A stretch of DNA of 64,000 bases from Stegostoma tigrinum (Eukaryota): assembly GCF_030684315.1 (NCBI RefSeq), contig NC_081389.1, positions 18,915,203 to 18,979,202 on the forward strand, given 5' to 3'. Below are positions 62,132-64,000 of this stretch, piece by piece. How positions within the stretch are numbered: the stretch's first letter is position 1; every line of letters begins with the position of its first letter. The position numbers and the translations under genes were made by a program. Under the pieces are notes generated by a model, which searched no databases, was not told the DNA's origin, and saw nothing but the letters and a program-made list of their open reading frames with translations.

Positions 62132-62422
62132 GTAAGCATTCTATCTTCGTAGCATTGCTTGCTCTCCCTCCTGACCTCTGTTCATCTTCCAGTGAAACCT
62201 TTAGCTAAGCCCTTGGCGGTCTCTAAATTTGACCATTCCACCGCTGTGCTGGCTGTCCATCTTTCACCCTCCATTCAACGTCAGATCATCCAAACCCTGC
62301 TGTTTGTATGGTGATCTCACTCATCCTACTTTTGCCGATCTACATTGATTCCTGATCCACGTAATCCCTTACCTTTTTAGATTTAATCCTAATGTTTAAA
62401 TACTTCTGCGATCTTGTCCCTC

Positions 62423-62850
62423 AGGCGGCACACAGTGGTTAGCACTGCTTCCTCACAGCACCAGGCACCCAGGTTTGATTCCAACCTTGAGTAACTGTGT
62501 GTGTGTGTGTGTGTGCGCCCTCTCCATATCTGTTCCCACCGATGCTCTTTTTCCTCTCAGTCCAAAAGAAATGTGCAGGTTAAGTGGATTGGCCGTGCTA
62601 AATTTCCCCGTAGTGTTCAGGGATGTGCAAGTTAAGTGGGTTAGCCATGGTAAGCACAGGGTCTAGACCCGAATCATCAGCTTTCCTGCTGCTTGGCCTT
62701 CATCCAGCTAGTGTTCATCCAGCTCTACACCTTGTTATCTCAAACACACCATGCCGGGATAACAGGATTGGTCTGGGTGGGAAGATCTTCAAAGGGTCGG
62801 TACAGACCCCATGGGCTGAATGGCCTATTTCCACACTGTAGGGATTCTGA
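62423..62850 (+). mobile_element. V-SINE with an internal (TG)n run and a nested pLTR fragment (~62659-62741)
   Basis: SINE head, V-domain and tail interrupted by gggtctagacccgaatcatcagc...ttgttatctc. Confidence 0.75.
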
Positions 62851-63395
62851 TTTAATGACCCTTTACGGTTCAAGTGGTTTGAGTCCATGTACATAAGTCA
62901 TTAAAATGCAATGGTCAGGCATAGAATATAATCAAAAGACTACTAAAATGTCAGCCTTTACATCCCTTGGGTCAGGATAAGAGGGAGAAGGGAAAGCAGG
63001 TGGGAGGAGTGTGGTGTTTGCCACACCAATGGCATTGTTAAACGACATCACTATATTGAGTGTACTATATTAACCACCACAGCGTTTACAAGATATATTC
63101 GTTTTGGACACACATATATTGCACTAAATGTCAACAAGATGCCAATGATTACATTGAATTATTCTAGGGAATATACAGTTAAGACTTGATTTGATTAAGA
63201 TTGAGTTCTGCAGGGAATTTATAGGCTAGATAGAAAGTAGTAGAAACTGGTAGATGAGTCCATGACACACGCCCTGTTAAATTGGGAGTCAAGCCATTCA
63301 GGACAAAATTGGGCAAGACATCTAAGAAAACTGAAAAGTGTGAAACTGTTGCAAGAAGTGGTGGATGTTCACAATCAATTTTAATTCTGAAATTA

Positions 63396-64000
63396 GACCA
63401 TAAGACATAGGAGTGGAAGTAAGGCCATTTAGGCCCATCAAGTCCACTCCACCATTTTAAATCATGGCTGATGGGCATTTCAACTCCACTCCCCTGCACT
63501 CTCCCCATAGCCCTTGATTCCTTGTGAGATCAAGAATTTATCGATCTCTGCCTTGAAGCCATCTAACATCCTGGCCTCCACTGCACTCCTTGGCAATGAA
63601 TTCCATGAGCCCACCACTCTGGCTGAAGAAATGTCTCCTCATTTCTGTTTTAAATTTACCCTCTGTAATTCTAAGGCTGTGCCCACGGGTCCTAGTCTCC
63701 CTGCCTAACGGAAACAACTTCCTAGCGTCCACCCCTTCTAAACCATACATTATCTTGTAAGTTTCTATTAGATCTTCTCCCCTCAACCTTCTAAACTCTA
63801 ATGAGTACAATCCCAGGATCCTTAGCCGTTCATCATGCGCTAAACCTCCCATTCCAGGGATCATCCGTGAGAATCTCCGCTGGATACACTCCAGGGCCAG
63901 TATGTCCTTGCTGAGGTGTAGGGCCCAAAATTGGATGCAGTTTTCTAAATGGGGCCTAACTACAGTCTCCGAAGCAAATCGCTGCTTTTAAATTAATATT
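63396..64000 (-). mobile_element. CR1 LINE 3' end
   Basis: MIPGMGGLAHDERLRILGLYSLEFRRLRGEDLIETYKI...RTRGHSLRI; (ctatgtcttatgg) tail. Confidence 0.9.

Overview
Eukaryotic (cartilaginous fish-like, inferred from V-SINE/HE1-type SINEs, CR1/L2 LINEs and Penelope-like elements) genomic window. It holds a complete 8-exon MPI gene (minus strand, CDS 20026->10330, 420 aa) head-to-head with SCAMP2 (plus strand, exons 1-8 from 26565; last exon beyond the window), plus a CpG-island first exon of an unidentified minus-strand gene near 1.7-2.1 kb. Introns and intergenic DNA are dense in retroelements, dominated by Penelope-like elements (PLEs, RT + GIY-YIG) whose 3' ends carry a minimal hammerhead-ribozyme core (CTGATGAAGGGTCTAGGCCCGAAACGTC). 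The most notable pattern is a set of fold-back insertions from at least two unrelated PLE/pLTR families. In each, two 3' ends point outward, one ending at a 'long' terminus and the other at a 'short' terminus about 30-40 nt upstream, and the whole unit sits inside one 10-17 bp target-site duplication with microhomology at the junctions. This suggests a two-primer integration mechanism. Also seen: a tRNA-Ile 3' half fused to a pLTR, a cross-family PLE chimera, an old intronic inverted duplication that preserves the empty PLE target site, and an in-frame uORF just upstream of the MPI start.
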